Positions 48,936 through 59,212 of a stretch of DNA of 64,000 nt are shown in pieces. The DNA is from an uncultured delta proteobacterium (GTDB lineage: Bacteria; Myxococcota; Myxococcia; Myxococcales; Myxococcaceae). The translations under genes and the position numbers were made by a program. The stretch spans positions 352,001 through 416,000 of the forward strand of contig CAVYSY010000032.1 of the NCBI GenBank assembly GCA_963771175.1, given 5' to 3'. The notes beneath the pieces are model-generated. The model made no database searches. It saw only the letters and a program-made list of their open reading frames with translations, and was not told the DNA's origin. Position 1 is the first letter of the stretch; each line of letters starts with the position of its first letter.

Positions 48936-49598
48936 ATGAGCGAGCCCGAGCAGGCAGGCGTCCCGGGCAAGGAGCCCAAGGTCATCAAGCGCTACACGAA
49001 CCGCAAGCTCTACGACACCGTCGAGAGCCGGTACGTCACGCTCGATGAGATCGCCGAGATGATCAAGGAGGGCGTGGAGGTCCGGATCGTCGACAACCGC
49101 ACCAAGGAGGACCTCACCTCGGTCACGCTCGCGCAGATCATCTTCGAGGAGGAGAAGAAGCAGAACCAGATGCCGCTCGCGGTGCTGCGGGAGATCATCC
49201 GCCACCCGGGCGAGTCGCCTGACCGACTTCATCCAGAAGGAGGTCACCCCGCGCGTGGCCTCCATCCGCGAGGAGGCCGAGTCGCCGCCTGGACAAGCTG
49301 CTGCGGCGCGAGGACAGGGCGAGCGGGCACGCCCGAGAGGCCGCACCGCCCGCCGAGCAGCCGACCGAGGGGCGTCCGCCAGCGCGGCCAGCGGCCGCTG
49401 GCGGCCCGGCGGAGCTGCTCAAGGCGAGCCAGCGCGCGCTCGAGGACTGGCAGCGGCGCATCGACGAGCGGGTGAAGCACGTGGTGGAGAACCTCACGGG
49501 CAACCTGCCCGGCGCTGGGCCGCGACATGCAGGTCGCTGACCCAGCGGCTCGAGGAGCTCGAGAAGAAGCTCGACGAGCTGGAGAAGAGCAGGAGTAA
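48936..49598 (+). CDS. PhaR-like (PHA/PHB accumulation regulator) DNA-binding protein; several indels
   Basis: VIKRYTNRKLYDT..SRYVTL..I...EDLTSVTLAQII; coiled-coil C-terminus. Confidence 0.85.
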
Positions 49599-49603
49599 TC
49601 CAG

Positions 49604-49638
49604 CGCCCTCTCCCGCTCGGGAGAGGGCGGGTGAGGGC
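49604..49638. repeat. REP-like palindrome between convergent genes
   Basis: CGCCCTCTCCC-GCTC-GGGAGAGGGCG followed by GGTGAGGG. Confidence 0.55.
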
Positions 49639-49681
49639 CTCCGCCGCCCTCGCCGCTCGCCATCACCCGCGAGCCGCCCCG

Positions 49682-50487
49682 CTACGCCACGCGGGGCGCC
49701 TTCTTGCCGCGCTTCTTCGCGCTCCCGCCGTAGATCTCCGCGGCGATGGCCGCGAGCATCTGCGCGCCGGGCTCCTGGGGGCGTACTCCCAGATGGTCTT
49801 CCCGTGGCTCTGCGCCTCGTCCACCTTGACGTTGTAGCCGAGCGGCGTGGCCGCGAGGCGACCGGGAAGTAGGCCTTCAGCCGCTCGAGGATGGCGGTGG
49901 CGAGCGCCGTGCGCCGGTAGAGCGTGGGCACCACCTTGGTGATGCGCAGGTCGGGGCGCCCCTCGGTCTCGGCGACCTGGCGCACGGTGTCGGCCACCTC
50001 GGCGCAGCCATCGAGCGCGAAGTACGTCAGGCGCCACGGGCACCACCACCTCGGTGGCGGCGACGAGGATGTTGCGCGTGGTGAGGCCCATCGACGGAGG
50101 CGCGTCGAAGACGATGACGTCGTAGCCGGCGGCCTCGGCGGGCGCGAGCCGCTCCGCGAGCCGGTGCGCGCGGCGCTCGTGATTCGCGCCACGACGAGGG
50201 GGAAGTCCGCCATCTCCTTGTAGGCGGGCAGGACGTACAGGCCCTCGACGGCGGAGGGCTGCACCACGTCCTCCAGGCGCACGCTCGGGTCGGTGAGCAG
50301 GTGGAAGACGTTGCGAGGCAGCGTGCGCACGTCCAGGCCCAGCGACTTGCCCGCGTGGCCCTGGGTGTCCAGGTCCACCAGGAGCACCCGCAGCCCGCGC
50401 GTCTCGCGCGAGCCACGCGGCGGTGTTCACCGCCAGCGTCGTCTTGCAGGTGCCGCCCTTCTCGTTGATGAAGGCGATGCGCCGCAT
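49682..50487 (-). CDS. ParA/Soj family ATPase; several indels
   Basis: NEKGGTCKTT, LLVDLDTQGH, DAPPSMG, VKVDEAQSHGKTIWEY spread over frames. Confidence 0.85.
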
Positions 50488-50495
50488 GGGCGGCC

Positions 50496-50811
50496 CTACT
50501 TCGACTTCCGGGACGAGGACACCGTCGTCACCAGCGTGTCCACCTTCGACTCGACCGAGGACGAGCAGCCGCTCCAGGTCGTCCACCTTGTTGCGCAGCT
50601 GCTCCACGTCCGCGGTGGAGGGCAGGTTCATGGCCGACAGCGCCGAGCGCAGCGCGCTGTCCAGCGTCCCCTTGGCGGCGAGCGAGCGGCACACCAGCGT
50701 CTGGACCGTCGTCACGAACTTCTCGTTGGAGAGCAGCTGCTGCGCCAGCTTGCCGACGCGCTCCTCGCCGGTCTCGACGAGCTTCTTCATCACGGGGTTG
50801 TTCTTGAGCAT
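50496..50811 (-). CDS. Small phasin/PhaE-C-terminus-like coiled-coil protein; one indel
   Basis: ALSAMNLPSTADVEQLRNKVDDLE motif. Confidence 0.6.
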
Positions 50812-50973
50812 GGAAGGTCCGTGATCGCGTCGCCGAGAAAGTGCGCGCACTGTCGGGAGGGCCAACGCGCGAACTCTGGAAGGGACGCGACGCGACGTGT
50901 CAAGCGGTGGAATCAAGACGCGATAGAGCGCGTTGACACCCCGGGGGGCCGTCCTTACGGTTCGCCGCTCCCG

Positions 50974-51896
50974 ATGGCCGGCCTGTCTCGACAAGACGCC
51001 TGTGGATCGTCTCCGGCAAGGGCGGCGTGGGCAAGAGCACCGTCGCCGCGGCGCTGGCGCTGGCGCTCGGCGCGCGCCGGAAGACGCACGCTGGTGTGCG
51101 AGGTGAACACGCAGGAGCGCATCAGCCGCTTCCTGGGGCATGAGCCCGTGGGCCCCGAGGTGCAGCATGCTGGAGGACGAACCTGTGGGCGGTGAACGTG
51201 CGCCCCCAGGAGTCCATGCGCGAGTACGCGCTGATGGTGCTGCGCTTCGAGACGCTCTACAAGACGGTCTTCGAGAACCGGTGGTGCGCTACTTCCTGCG
51301 CTTCATCCCCTCGCTGCAGGAGCTGGTGCTGCTGGGGAAGATCCTCTTCCACGCTGCAGGAGAAGCGGCCGGACGGGCAGGCCGCTGTACGACACCGTCG
51401 TGATGGACGCGCCGGCCACCGGCCACGCCATCACCTTCCTGCGGGTGCCGCAGGTGCTGCTGGAGACGGTGCCGCCCGGGCCCATGACCCGGGAGGCGCT
51501 CGAAGATGCGCGACCTCCTGGTGGACCCGGCGACGTCACGGCGGCGGTGCTGGTGTCCTGCCCGAGGAGATGCCGGTGAACGAGACGCTGGAGCTGCACG
51601 CGGCGCTGCGCGACCAGGTGCGGATGCGCACCGACGCGGCGGTGCTCAACACGGCCTTCCCCGAGCGCTTCACCGAGGACGACCTGGAGGCGCTGGCGGA
51701 CCACCCGGAGCTGCTGCGCGCTGGCGCGGGCGCACCATGACCGCGCGGCGCAGACGGTGCTCGCGGGATGAAGCTGGAGCGCAACCTGCACGTGCCGGTG
51801 TACCCGGTGCCGCGCCTCTTCACGCCGAGCTTCGGGCGCGAGGCCATCGAGCAGGTGGCGGCGAGCCTCGGACGAGCTGGTGCGGGGACGGCATGA
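50974..51896 (+). CDS. ArsA/Get3-family ATPase subunit 1; many indels
   Basis: [37 protein letters not shown]. Confidence 0.82.
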
Positions 51897-53047
51897 GCAC
51901 GAACCCGCTCTCCCGGCCGCTGGCCGACGAAGCGCATCCTCATCTGCGTGGGCTCGGGCGGCGTGGGCAAGACGACCGTGGCCGCCGACGCTCGCGCTGC
52001 GCGCGGCGGTGGACGGGCGCTCGGCCATCGTGTGCACCATCGACCCGGCGAAGCGGCTGGCCAACTCGCCTGGGCCTCTCCGCGCTGGGCAACGTCGAGG
52101 CGCGAGTGCCCGACGTCCGCGCTGGAGCCGCGGGGCTGAAGCCGCGCGGCCGCGCTCCACGCGATGATGCTGGACATGAAGCAGACGTGGGACGACCTCA
52201 TCACCCGGTACGCCCCACCGGACAAGCGCGAGCGCATCCTCTACAACCGCTTCTACCAGTCGCTCTCCAGCGCCCTCGCGGGCAGCCAGGAGTACATCGC
52301 GATGGAGAAGCTGTGGGAGCTGCGCAACCGGCGCGACTACGAGCTGATCGTGCTCGACACGCCGCCCACGGCGCACGCGCTGGACTTCCTCGAGGCGCCC
52401 AACCGGGTGCTGGACTTCCTCGACAACGAGGCGGCCAAGTGGCTGCTCACCCCGGCGCTCGCGGCGGGGAAGTTCGGCCTGTCGCTCTTCAACCTGGGCG
52501 GCAGCTACGTGGCGAAGACGCTCTCCAAGTTCACCGGCACGGAGACGCTGCAGGAGCTGTCCGGCTTCATGCTCGCCATCGCCTCGATGAACGAGAGCTT
52601 CCGGGAGCGCGCGCGCGGGGTGCGCGAGCTGCTCGAGGCGAAGCAGACGGGCTTCGTGCTGGTGACGAGCCCGGGCCGCGGAGCGGCTGGACGAGGCGAT
52701 GCACTTCCACACGGCTGCTGCAGCAGAACCGGATGGAGGTGGTGGCGGTGGTGGTGAACCGCGTGCACCCGATGCCGCGGCCCGGAGCTGTGGGAGGAGG
52801 CGAAGGGCCTGACTCCCACCCGGCGCGCGAAGGTGGAGGAGACGCTGCGGGAGCTGACGCTGCTGGCGGAGCAGGACGCGCAGGGCATCGCCCAGCTGCG
52901 CGGCGGCCGGCGGCCGGGACGCCGCTCGTCCAGGTGCCGCGCTTCGAGCTGGACGTGCACGACGTCGGCGCGCTGTGGCGCACGGGACGCTACCTGATGG
53001 GAGACGAAATGATTCCCACGCCTCCCCCCGCGCTCCCCCAGGGGTGA
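51893..53047 (+). CDS. ArsA/Get3-family ATPase subunit 2 (AgmR-like); many indels
   Basis: GSGGVGKTT, TIDPAKRLA, GSQEYIAMEKL, DTPPTAHALDFL, VVNRVH; ATGA overlap. Confidence 0.85.
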   Translation: MSTNPLSRPLADEAHPHLRGLGRRGQDDRGRRRSRCARRWTGARPSCAPSTRRSGWPTRLGLSALGNVEARVPDVRAGAAGLKPRGRAPRDDAGHEADVGRPHHPVRPTGQARAHPLQPLLPVALQRPRGQPGVHRDGEAVGAAQPARLRADRARHAAHGARAGLPRGAQPGAGLPRQRGGQVAAHPGARGGEVRPVALQPGRQLRGEDALQVHRHGDAAGAVRLHARHRLDERELPGARARGARAARGEADGLRAGDEPGPRSGWTRRCTSTRLLQQNRMEVVAVVVNRVHPMPRPGAVGGGEGPDSHPAREGGGDAAGADAAGGAGRAGHRPAARRPAAGTPLVQVPRFELDVHDVGALWRTGRYLMGDEMIPTPPPALPQG

Positions 53048-53050
53048 GCC

Positions 53051-53545
53051 TCAGGAGTCACGGCACAACCTGTCCACCCGGTTGAGCAGCGTGGGGATGC
53101 GCGAGGGCCCGTGCATCCTCCGGACGCAGTCCGCGGCGGCACTCGCGTCCACGCCCACCGCCGTGACGAACAGCGGCCGCTGGCTCTGCCCGCGCAGCAC
53201 GGGCACGGCGAACGGACTGGCTTGGAACGCCGTCTTGGCCACGCCGATGACCGGGACTCGCCGCCCCAGCGCCTCGTACAGGTGCGCCCCGAGCCCCGGC
53301 TTCTCCTCTCCGAGCCACACGTACCCGTCGATGACGACCGTCTCCAGCGGCTCCCGCACCTCGGCGAGCACCTTCAGCAGGTGGGGCAATTCGCGGCGGT
53401 AGAACTGTCCGGGCTCATAGGGCTCGGCGGGGGGACCGCGCACCACCACGTGCGAGGCCTCGGCGGCATCGTCCCACTCGCGGAACAGCACACAGGCGGC
53501 CACGGTGACCTCGGACCGATAGTCCACATCCAGGCAGACCCGCAT
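53051..53545 (-). CDS. Endonuclease V-like protein
   Basis: LDVDY, YEPGQFYRRELP, VIDGY, GLGAHL, VIGVAKT, RIPTLL..D. Confidence 0.88.
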   Translation of the reverse strand: MRVCLDVDYRSEVTVAACVLFREWDDAAEASHVVVRGPPAEPYEPGQFYRRELPHLLKVLAEVREPLETVVIDGYVWLGEEKPGLGAHLYEALGRRVPVIGVAKTAFQASPFAVPVLRGQSQRPLFVTAVGVDASAAADCVRRMHGPSRIPTLLNRVDRLCRDS

Positions 53546-53706
53546 CGTCTTTCCTCCAACCCCTCCATGCTCGCCCACTTGCCGGGTGGCAGACCATTCG
53601 GGCGGGAAATCCCGGCCGAGGTTAAGCTGGACCCGCCAGGGAACTCCGGGACAGCACCTGCTGTCTTGGAGGCTGGAAACCGAGCTTCGGACCGGAGGAC
53701 ACATCT

Positions 53707-54837
53707 ATGTCGGCCACTTGGCGCAGGTGGGTGTTGGTGGGAGTTCTGGGCCTGGTGGGGTGTCGGACGACAGGCACGGCGGTGCGCGAGCCGCAGGCCG
53801 GGTCACCCAGGCAGGAGGTCCAGTTCGAACCGGTGACGGTGACGGCGGACCTGGAGCTGTCGTCACTCAACGACGAGGAGCTGTTCGCGGGCGGCACGTC
53901 GGCCTTCGCGGCCAACGACTTCGCCAAGGCGGCGCGCTACTTCGGGCGGCTGGCGGACTTCCACCCCGACAGCCAGCACCGGCGCTCGGCGCTCTACAAC
54001 GCGGGGCTCGCGCACGAGCGGCTGGAGCAGTGGGAGGACGCGGCGCATGCGCTTCTCCGAGCTGGCCGACGCGCAGACAGGCACGGGCGACGCGCTGGAT
54101 GCGGCCTACCGCCTCGGCGGAGACGCACTACCACCTGGAGCGCTTCGAGGACGCCGCGAAGGTGCTGAGGCACCATCGCCGAGCGGACGGACCTGCCGGT
54201 GGGCAAGCGCATGGAGGCCCAGGTGCAGCAGGGCGTGTGCGAGCTGGAGTCCGGGCAGCCGGAGAAGGCCGAGGCCACGCTGCAGAAGGCCGTCACCGCG
54301 TACGAGGGGCTCGAGGACAAGGACGAGGTGGAGGACTACTTCCCGGCGCAGGCGCACTTCTTCCGCGGGGAGATCTACCGGCTGTACTACGAGGCGGTGA
54401 AGCTGGACCCGGCGAAGGGCAGCGACACGCTGGCGAACGACCTCAACTACAAGGCCGAGCTGCTGCTGTCGGCGCAGGGCCACTACCTGCGCTCCATCCG
54501 GGTGGGCAACGGCCACTGGGCGACGGCGGCCGGTTCTCAGATTGGCGCGCTCTACGAGAACCTGTACGAGCACCTGGTGAACTCGCCGGCGCCGGCCGAG
54601 CTGGACGCGGAGGAGGCGCAGGTCTACCGCGAGGAGCTGCGCAAGAAGGTGCGGGTGCTGCTCACCAAGTCCATCAACATCTACGAGCGCACGCTGGAGG
54701 CGGCCGAGCGCATCGGCTCGCAGAACACCTTCGTGGACCGGACGCGCGAGAGCCTGGAGAAGATGAAGCGGCTGCTGCTGGCGGACACGGACGCGGCGCC
54801 GACTCCCGAGCCCGCGCAGGCCAATCCGCACTCCTGA
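53707..54837 (+). CDS. TPR-repeat lipoprotein; indels at ~54045-54175
   Basis: Lipobox LVGC; ALYNAGLAHE and AQAHFFRGEIY TPR-like helices. Confidence 0.8.
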
Positions 54838-54964
54838 GCCGGGCCCCTGCCCTCTCGCTCGGGAGGGGAGCGGCCCTCATGGAGCTGCCCTCCCGGGCCA
54901 TCGCCCCCGGGCTCGCCTCTCGCCAGATTCCGGAAGACCCCGGCGGCGAGGGACGTGAGCCCGG

Positions 54965-55507
54965 ATGAACAAGCTGGAAAGAGCCTTCGAGAAGCTCCTC
55001 TGGGCCAGCCGCTTCGTCATGCTGGGCGGCGTCGTCTTCAGCGCGCTGATGGCGCTGGGGGCCTTCTACATGGCGACGGTGGACGCCCTCTCGTTGCCGG
55101 GGCTGCTGCGCGACTACACGGGCACGGCGGTCGGAGGCGAGCAGCGGTCGCTCCTGCGCGCCAAGGCCCTCACGATGATCGTCAAGTCGGTGGACGGCTA
55201 CATCATCACCGCCATCCTCCTCATCTTCTCGCTGGGATTGTACGAGTTCTTCATCGGCAAGCTGGAGACGGCGCATGAATCGCCCCTCGCCCCTCGCCTG
55301 CTCCACATGGGGGGCCTGGAAGATCTCAAGGAGCGCATCGCCAAGCTGCTCGTGCTGGTGCTCGTCATCGAGTTCTTCCAGCGCGCCCTGCTCCTGGATT
55401 ACGACCAGCCGCTCGACCTCGTCTACATGGCGCTGGGCATCGTCCTCATCGGGGTGACGCTCTTCCTGGGCAAACTCACGTCCCGCGGCGCCCCCGGAGC
55501 GCACTGA
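54965..55507 (+). CDS. YqhA (UPF0114) family membrane protein
   Basis: LWASR, VDGYII..LLIFSLGLYEFFI, LEDLKERI. Confidence 0.85.
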   Translation: MNKLERAFEKLLWASRFVMLGGVVFSALMALGAFYMATVDALSLPGLLRDYTGTAVGGEQRSLLRAKALTMIVKSVDGYIITAILLIFSLGLYEFFIGKLETAHESPLAPRLLHMGGLEDLKERIAKLLVLVLVIEFFQRALLLDYDQPLDLVYMALGIVLIGVTLFLGKLTSRGAPGAH

Positions 55508-55553
55508 CCCCCTGGGACAGTACCGGGGTGAAGGTCTACGCTCCACGCCGCCC

Positions 55554-56747
55554 ATGGAGCCCATCTTCACGCCCGAGCAGCTCGCGGAAATCAAGGCCTA
55601 CCACCTGCCCCACTACGTCTGGAGCGGGGTGAGCCCCTTCCTCTACCTGGGCGTCCTGGGACTCATCCTGGGCGTGCTCGTGCGGCCCATCCACCACCGC
55701 GCCGAGGCCTGCGCGGACTGGCTGTCCCAGCGGCTCGCGTTCCTGCGGACGGCGCCGGTCAGCCGCGCCTTCTTCAAGGCCATGGACCTGCTCTGGGGCG
55801 AGTCCGGCTGGGGCACCGCGCTGCTCTTCGCGCTCTTCGTGGACCTCTTCATCACGGTCCTCTACCTCCCGGCGAACATCTACTTCGGCTACGTGCTGGA
55901 GCATCAGTACGGCATGTCCGCGTACACCCCGCTCCGCTACGCGCTGGACGAGCTCAAGGACATCTCGCTGGAGGCACTCGCCACCTCGACGCTGGTGCTC
56001 GGCCTGTACGGACTGGCCCGGCGGGTGAAGCGCTGGTGGCTCGTGCTGGGAGTCCCCTCGGCGCTGCTGCTGCTGGTGGCCTCGGCGCTCGACCCGTACC
56101 GCAGCCGGGTCTTCTTCGACCAGGAGCCCCTGGAGCAGGGCCCCGTGCGCGAGCGCATCACCGCGCTGATGGCGCGAGCGGACATCTCCTTCGCGGACGT
56201 GCTGGTGGAGAAGACGTCCGTGGCGAGCAAGCGCGTGCAGGCCTACTTCGCGGGCCAGGGCCCTACCCGCACCATCGTGCTCAACGACACCATGCTCCGC
56301 GAGTTCTCACCGGAGGAGATCCTCGCCGCCGTCGCGCACGAGGCGGGTCACGTCCACGAGTCGAAGTGGCCGGGGCGCATCGCCTCGTCGCTGGCGCTGG
56401 TGGCGCTCCTCTTCGTCATCGACCGGCTGCTGCGGCAGGCCGCGGCTCGGGGGTGGTTCGGCACCACGCGCTTCGCGGACATCCGCACCCTCCCGCTGCT
56501 GTGGCTGCTCATCTTCCTCATCTTCTCCCTGAGCGGCCCTGTCTCCGCGGCCTTCTCGCGCGAGCGCGAGCTCGAGGCCGACCGCTACGCCCTGCGGCTC
56601 ACCCAGGACCCCACCGCCTTCCGCCGCATGCTGGTGAAGGCCACCCGGGTGAACAAGATGGACCCCGAGCCGCCTCGCTGGCTCGTCCTCAAGGGCTACA
56701 CCCACCCGCCCATGGGCGAGCGCCTCGCCGCCCTGCCTCCTCCCTGA
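55554..56747 (+). CDS. M48 (Ste24-like) membrane zinc protease (AgmM-like)
   Basis: QAYFAG, IVLNDT, AHEAGH, ELEADRYA, THPPMGER. Confidence 0.92.
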   Translation: MEPIFTPEQLAEIKAYHLPHYVWSGVSPFLYLGVLGLILGVLVRPIHHRAEACADWLSQRLAFLRTAPVSRAFFKAMDLLWGESGWGTALLFALFVDLFITVLYLPANIYFGYVLEHQYGMSAYTPLRYALDELKDISLEALATSTLVLGLYGLARRVKRWWLVLGVPSALLLLVASALDPYRSRVFFDQEPLEQGPVRERITALMARADISFADVLVEKTSVASKRVQAYFAGQGPTRTIVLNDTMLREFSPEEILAAVAHEAGHVHESKWPGRIASSLALVALLFVIDRLLRQAAARGWFGTTRFADIRTLPLLWLLIFLIFSLSGPVSAAFSRERELEADRYALRLTQDPTAFRRMLVKATRVNKMDPEPPRWLVLKGYTHPPMGERLAALPPP

Positions 56748-56867
56748 AAAAGAGTGTCGGCGGGCGGGCCCCCATGTCAGGCCCACCCGCCGACGCCCCC
56801 GCCAGACCGCCTGTCGCCCCCGACAGTCCCCTCTCAGCGGCCCGGCGGCTCCCACGCGCCCCCGGGA

Positions 56868-57383
56868 CTACGCCCGGGGCTGCTCCGTCTTCATCTTCTC
56901 CACCGCCGCCAGCGCGATGGCCTTCACCAGTGCCTTCGCCCGTCGGCCCGCCGACGTCTCCCCGTTCGGGTCCGCCTCCACCGCGTTCGCGATGTCCGTG
57001 AAGCCCTGCCGGTTGCCCTGCCGCAGGTACAGCTCGCCGCGGTTCGTCAGCGCCACCGGGTTGCGCGGGTCCCTCTCCAGCGCCGCGCTGTACTCGGTGA
57101 TGGCGTCCTGCAGCCGTCCCAGCTTCTGGTACACCGTGCCCAGCGCCGCTCGGCTCGCCGAGTCCTTCGGGTTCCCCTCCACCAGCCCCTCGAAGAGGAT
57201 GCGCGCCTCCTCGTAGCGCCCCGCTCCCGCCAGGTCACACCCCACCTGCGCGATCGCCTTCGCCTCCTCGAAGGTCATCCCCTCCACCTCCGCCCACGTC
57301 AGCTCCCCTCGCACGAACGCCTTCAGCTTCTCCGTCGTCGCCGTATCCATCGCCGCTCCCTCGTACTTGATGACCCGTCCCAT
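56868..57383 (-). CDS. TPR protein, SycD/LcrH class II chaperone-like (start may be 57350)
   Basis: TWAEVEGMT lead-in followed by three TPRs (GRYEEARILFEGL..NPKD; ALGTVYQKLG; NRGELYL). Confidence 0.75.
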   Translation of the reverse strand: MGRVIKYEGAAMDTATTEKLKAFVRGELTWAEVEGMTFEEAKAIAQVGCDLAGAGRYEEARILFEGLVEGNPKDSASRAALGTVYQKLGRLQDAITEYSAALERDPRNPVALTNRGELYLRQGNRQGFTDIANAVEADPNGETSAGRRAKALVKAIALAAVEKMKTEQPRA

Positions 57384-57390
57384 CGCCGCC

Positions 57391-58542
57391 TCACGCGCTC
57401 CGCATGTTGGAGAGGGCCGTCTTCGCCATCTCGTTGAACTTCATGGACAGCGTGCTCATCATCTCGAACATCGTCTTGCGCTTCTCGATGAGCTTCTGGA
57501 GCCGCAGGTTGATGCGCTCGATGTTCCGGTCCGCATCCGCGGCCTTCTTCTCGTTGCCCTTGTCATTGGAGATGCCGGCCTTCGCGTCCTGAGCCGCCGC
57601 GAGGTCATCCATCGTCTTGAGGATGTCGTCGTCCATCCTCTCCGTGAGGGCCATGAGGATGGCCTCGATCTTCTCCTCGAGGCTCATGCTGGGGTCGTTG
57701 ATGATGCCCTTGACGCTCGAGCTGGCCGAGCCACCCGTGGACGGCGGCGGCTTCGTCGGCTCCTCGGGCCGCGTGCTGCCAACCGGCGGCTGCGTCCCCA
57801 CGCCGGTACCGGGCGGCGGCGTCATGGGCGCCCCCGAACCCGGGCTCTCGGGCCTCCCGTACTGGGCGAAGTCCGCCTTCACCTTGAGGATCTCGCTCTT
57901 GATGTTGTTCAGGGTGATGCGGTCGTTGTTCGAGACATCCTTGACGAGATTCCCCAGGCCGTTCCCCAGGAGGAGCGCGGAATCGAGCCGCTCGAAGTAG
58001 CCCGGGTTGTCCACGAGGAAGCGGGCCGCGTCGCGCAGCCCCGGCGACATGCGCGAGTCGTTCGAGATGCGCTTCAGGTCATCCAGGGAGATGGACCCGT
58101 CCAGCTTCCCGTCCGTCGCGTCGAGCATGTTGAAGTTCTGCTCAGAGCTTCTGCAGCGCATCGAGGTAGCCCACCATCTTCGGGTCGAGCTGGCTGCCCC
58201 CGGTGACGGGACTGGCCTCGTGGGGGCCACTCGTCTCCACCGGCGAGGCCCCGTGCTCCCGGGGCTTCGGCTTCGCATAGCCCTCGCAGGCCTGGCTCTC
58301 GTCCTTCGGCATCTTGTACTCGGTGACGGCCGGCGGGTTCTTGCTCAGCTCCTGCGCGAGCCCCATCGCGCCATCGGCCGCCAGCATCACGTTGCCCGTC
58401 GCCGCTCCCACCACCGTCTTGATGGCGTTGGTCACCACCGGCGGCAGTCCCAGCGCGTTGCCCGCCGCGTCGAACAGCGCGCCCCCGACAGCAGGTTCGT
58501 CACTCCGCCCAGCGCACTCCCCAATCCCTTCAGAAAGTCCAT
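57391..58542 (-). CDS. Hypothetical protein with T3SS translocator/filament-like motifs; indels near 58490 and 58144
   Basis: Three ORF pieces join into ~383 aa from MDFLKGLG; DGKLDGSISLDDL..AARFLVDNP..FERLD; C-terminus LRLQKLIEKR..MFEMMS..K..MAK.ALSNMR. Confidence 0.65.
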
Positions 58543-58614
58543 GCTCAGGTCCCCCGCGCGGCCGGGAGGCTCCGTGCCTCCGATGTGCCGCGCCGTGTTC
58601 CGCGCCCGACGCAT

Positions 58615-58630
58615 TGCAGCGGCGATGCCG
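58615..58630 (-). promoter_or_regulatory. Candidate sigma54 promoter for the 58542 operon
   Basis: Minus strand CGGCATCGCCGCTGCA = GG-N10-GC, ~73 nt upstream of ATG. Confidence 0.4.
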
Positions 58631-58753
58631 ACCCTCGGCCCCGGCACAACTCCAACGAATCCCAGTGGGTTAGCCCGCTCACCGGGCGAGCACGGTCCTG
58701 CCCCACGGACGGTGCGGTCCACGCAGGGGGATTGCGGTTAGATTCCGCCGCTC

Positions 58754-59212
58754 ATGCGAACCCTGGGCCTCGACTTCGGCACCAAGACCATCGGCGTCGC
58801 CGTCTCGGATGGGCTGGGCCTCACCGCCCAGACCGTCACCACCATCCGCCGCACCAGCCTCAAGGCGGACCTCGCCGCCCTCGGGGAGCTGGTGCGCGAA
58901 TACGAGGCCGAGTGCTTCGTCGTCGGGCTGCCCCTCAACATGGATGGCTCCGAGGGCCCCCGCGCCGAGTCCACCCGCAAGTTCGCGGACACCCTCACCC
59001 AGGCCCTCGGCCTGCCGGTGGAGCTATGGGACGAGCGCCTGTCCACCGTGGCCGCCCAGCGCACCCTGCTCGAGGCGGACCTGTCCCGCGCCAAGCGCCG
59101 CGAGGTCATCGACCAGATGGCCGCGCAGTTCATCCTCCAGGGCTGGCTCGATGCCCGACGCCCCGCGTCCTCGGAGGAGTTCCATGCCGACGATTACGAC
59201 CCGGAGACGTAA
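58754..59212 (+). CDS. ruvX: Holliday junction resolvase-like / pre-16S rRNA nuclease RuvX (YqgF)
   Basis: LGLDFGTKTIGVAVSD, VVGLPLNMDG, WDERLST, IDQMAA. Confidence 0.95.
   Translation: MRTLGLDFGTKTIGVAVSDGLGLTAQTVTTIRRTSLKADLAALGELVREYEAECFVVGLPLNMDGSEGPRAESTRKFADTLTQALGLPVELWDERLSTVAAQRTLLEADLSRAKRREVIDQMAAQFILQGWLDARRPASSEEFHADDYDPET

Noticed and set aside
50974..53047. Arsenite resistance operon
   Set aside because: No arsB/acr3, arsC, arsD or arsR; the motifs fit the Get3-like paired subfamily.
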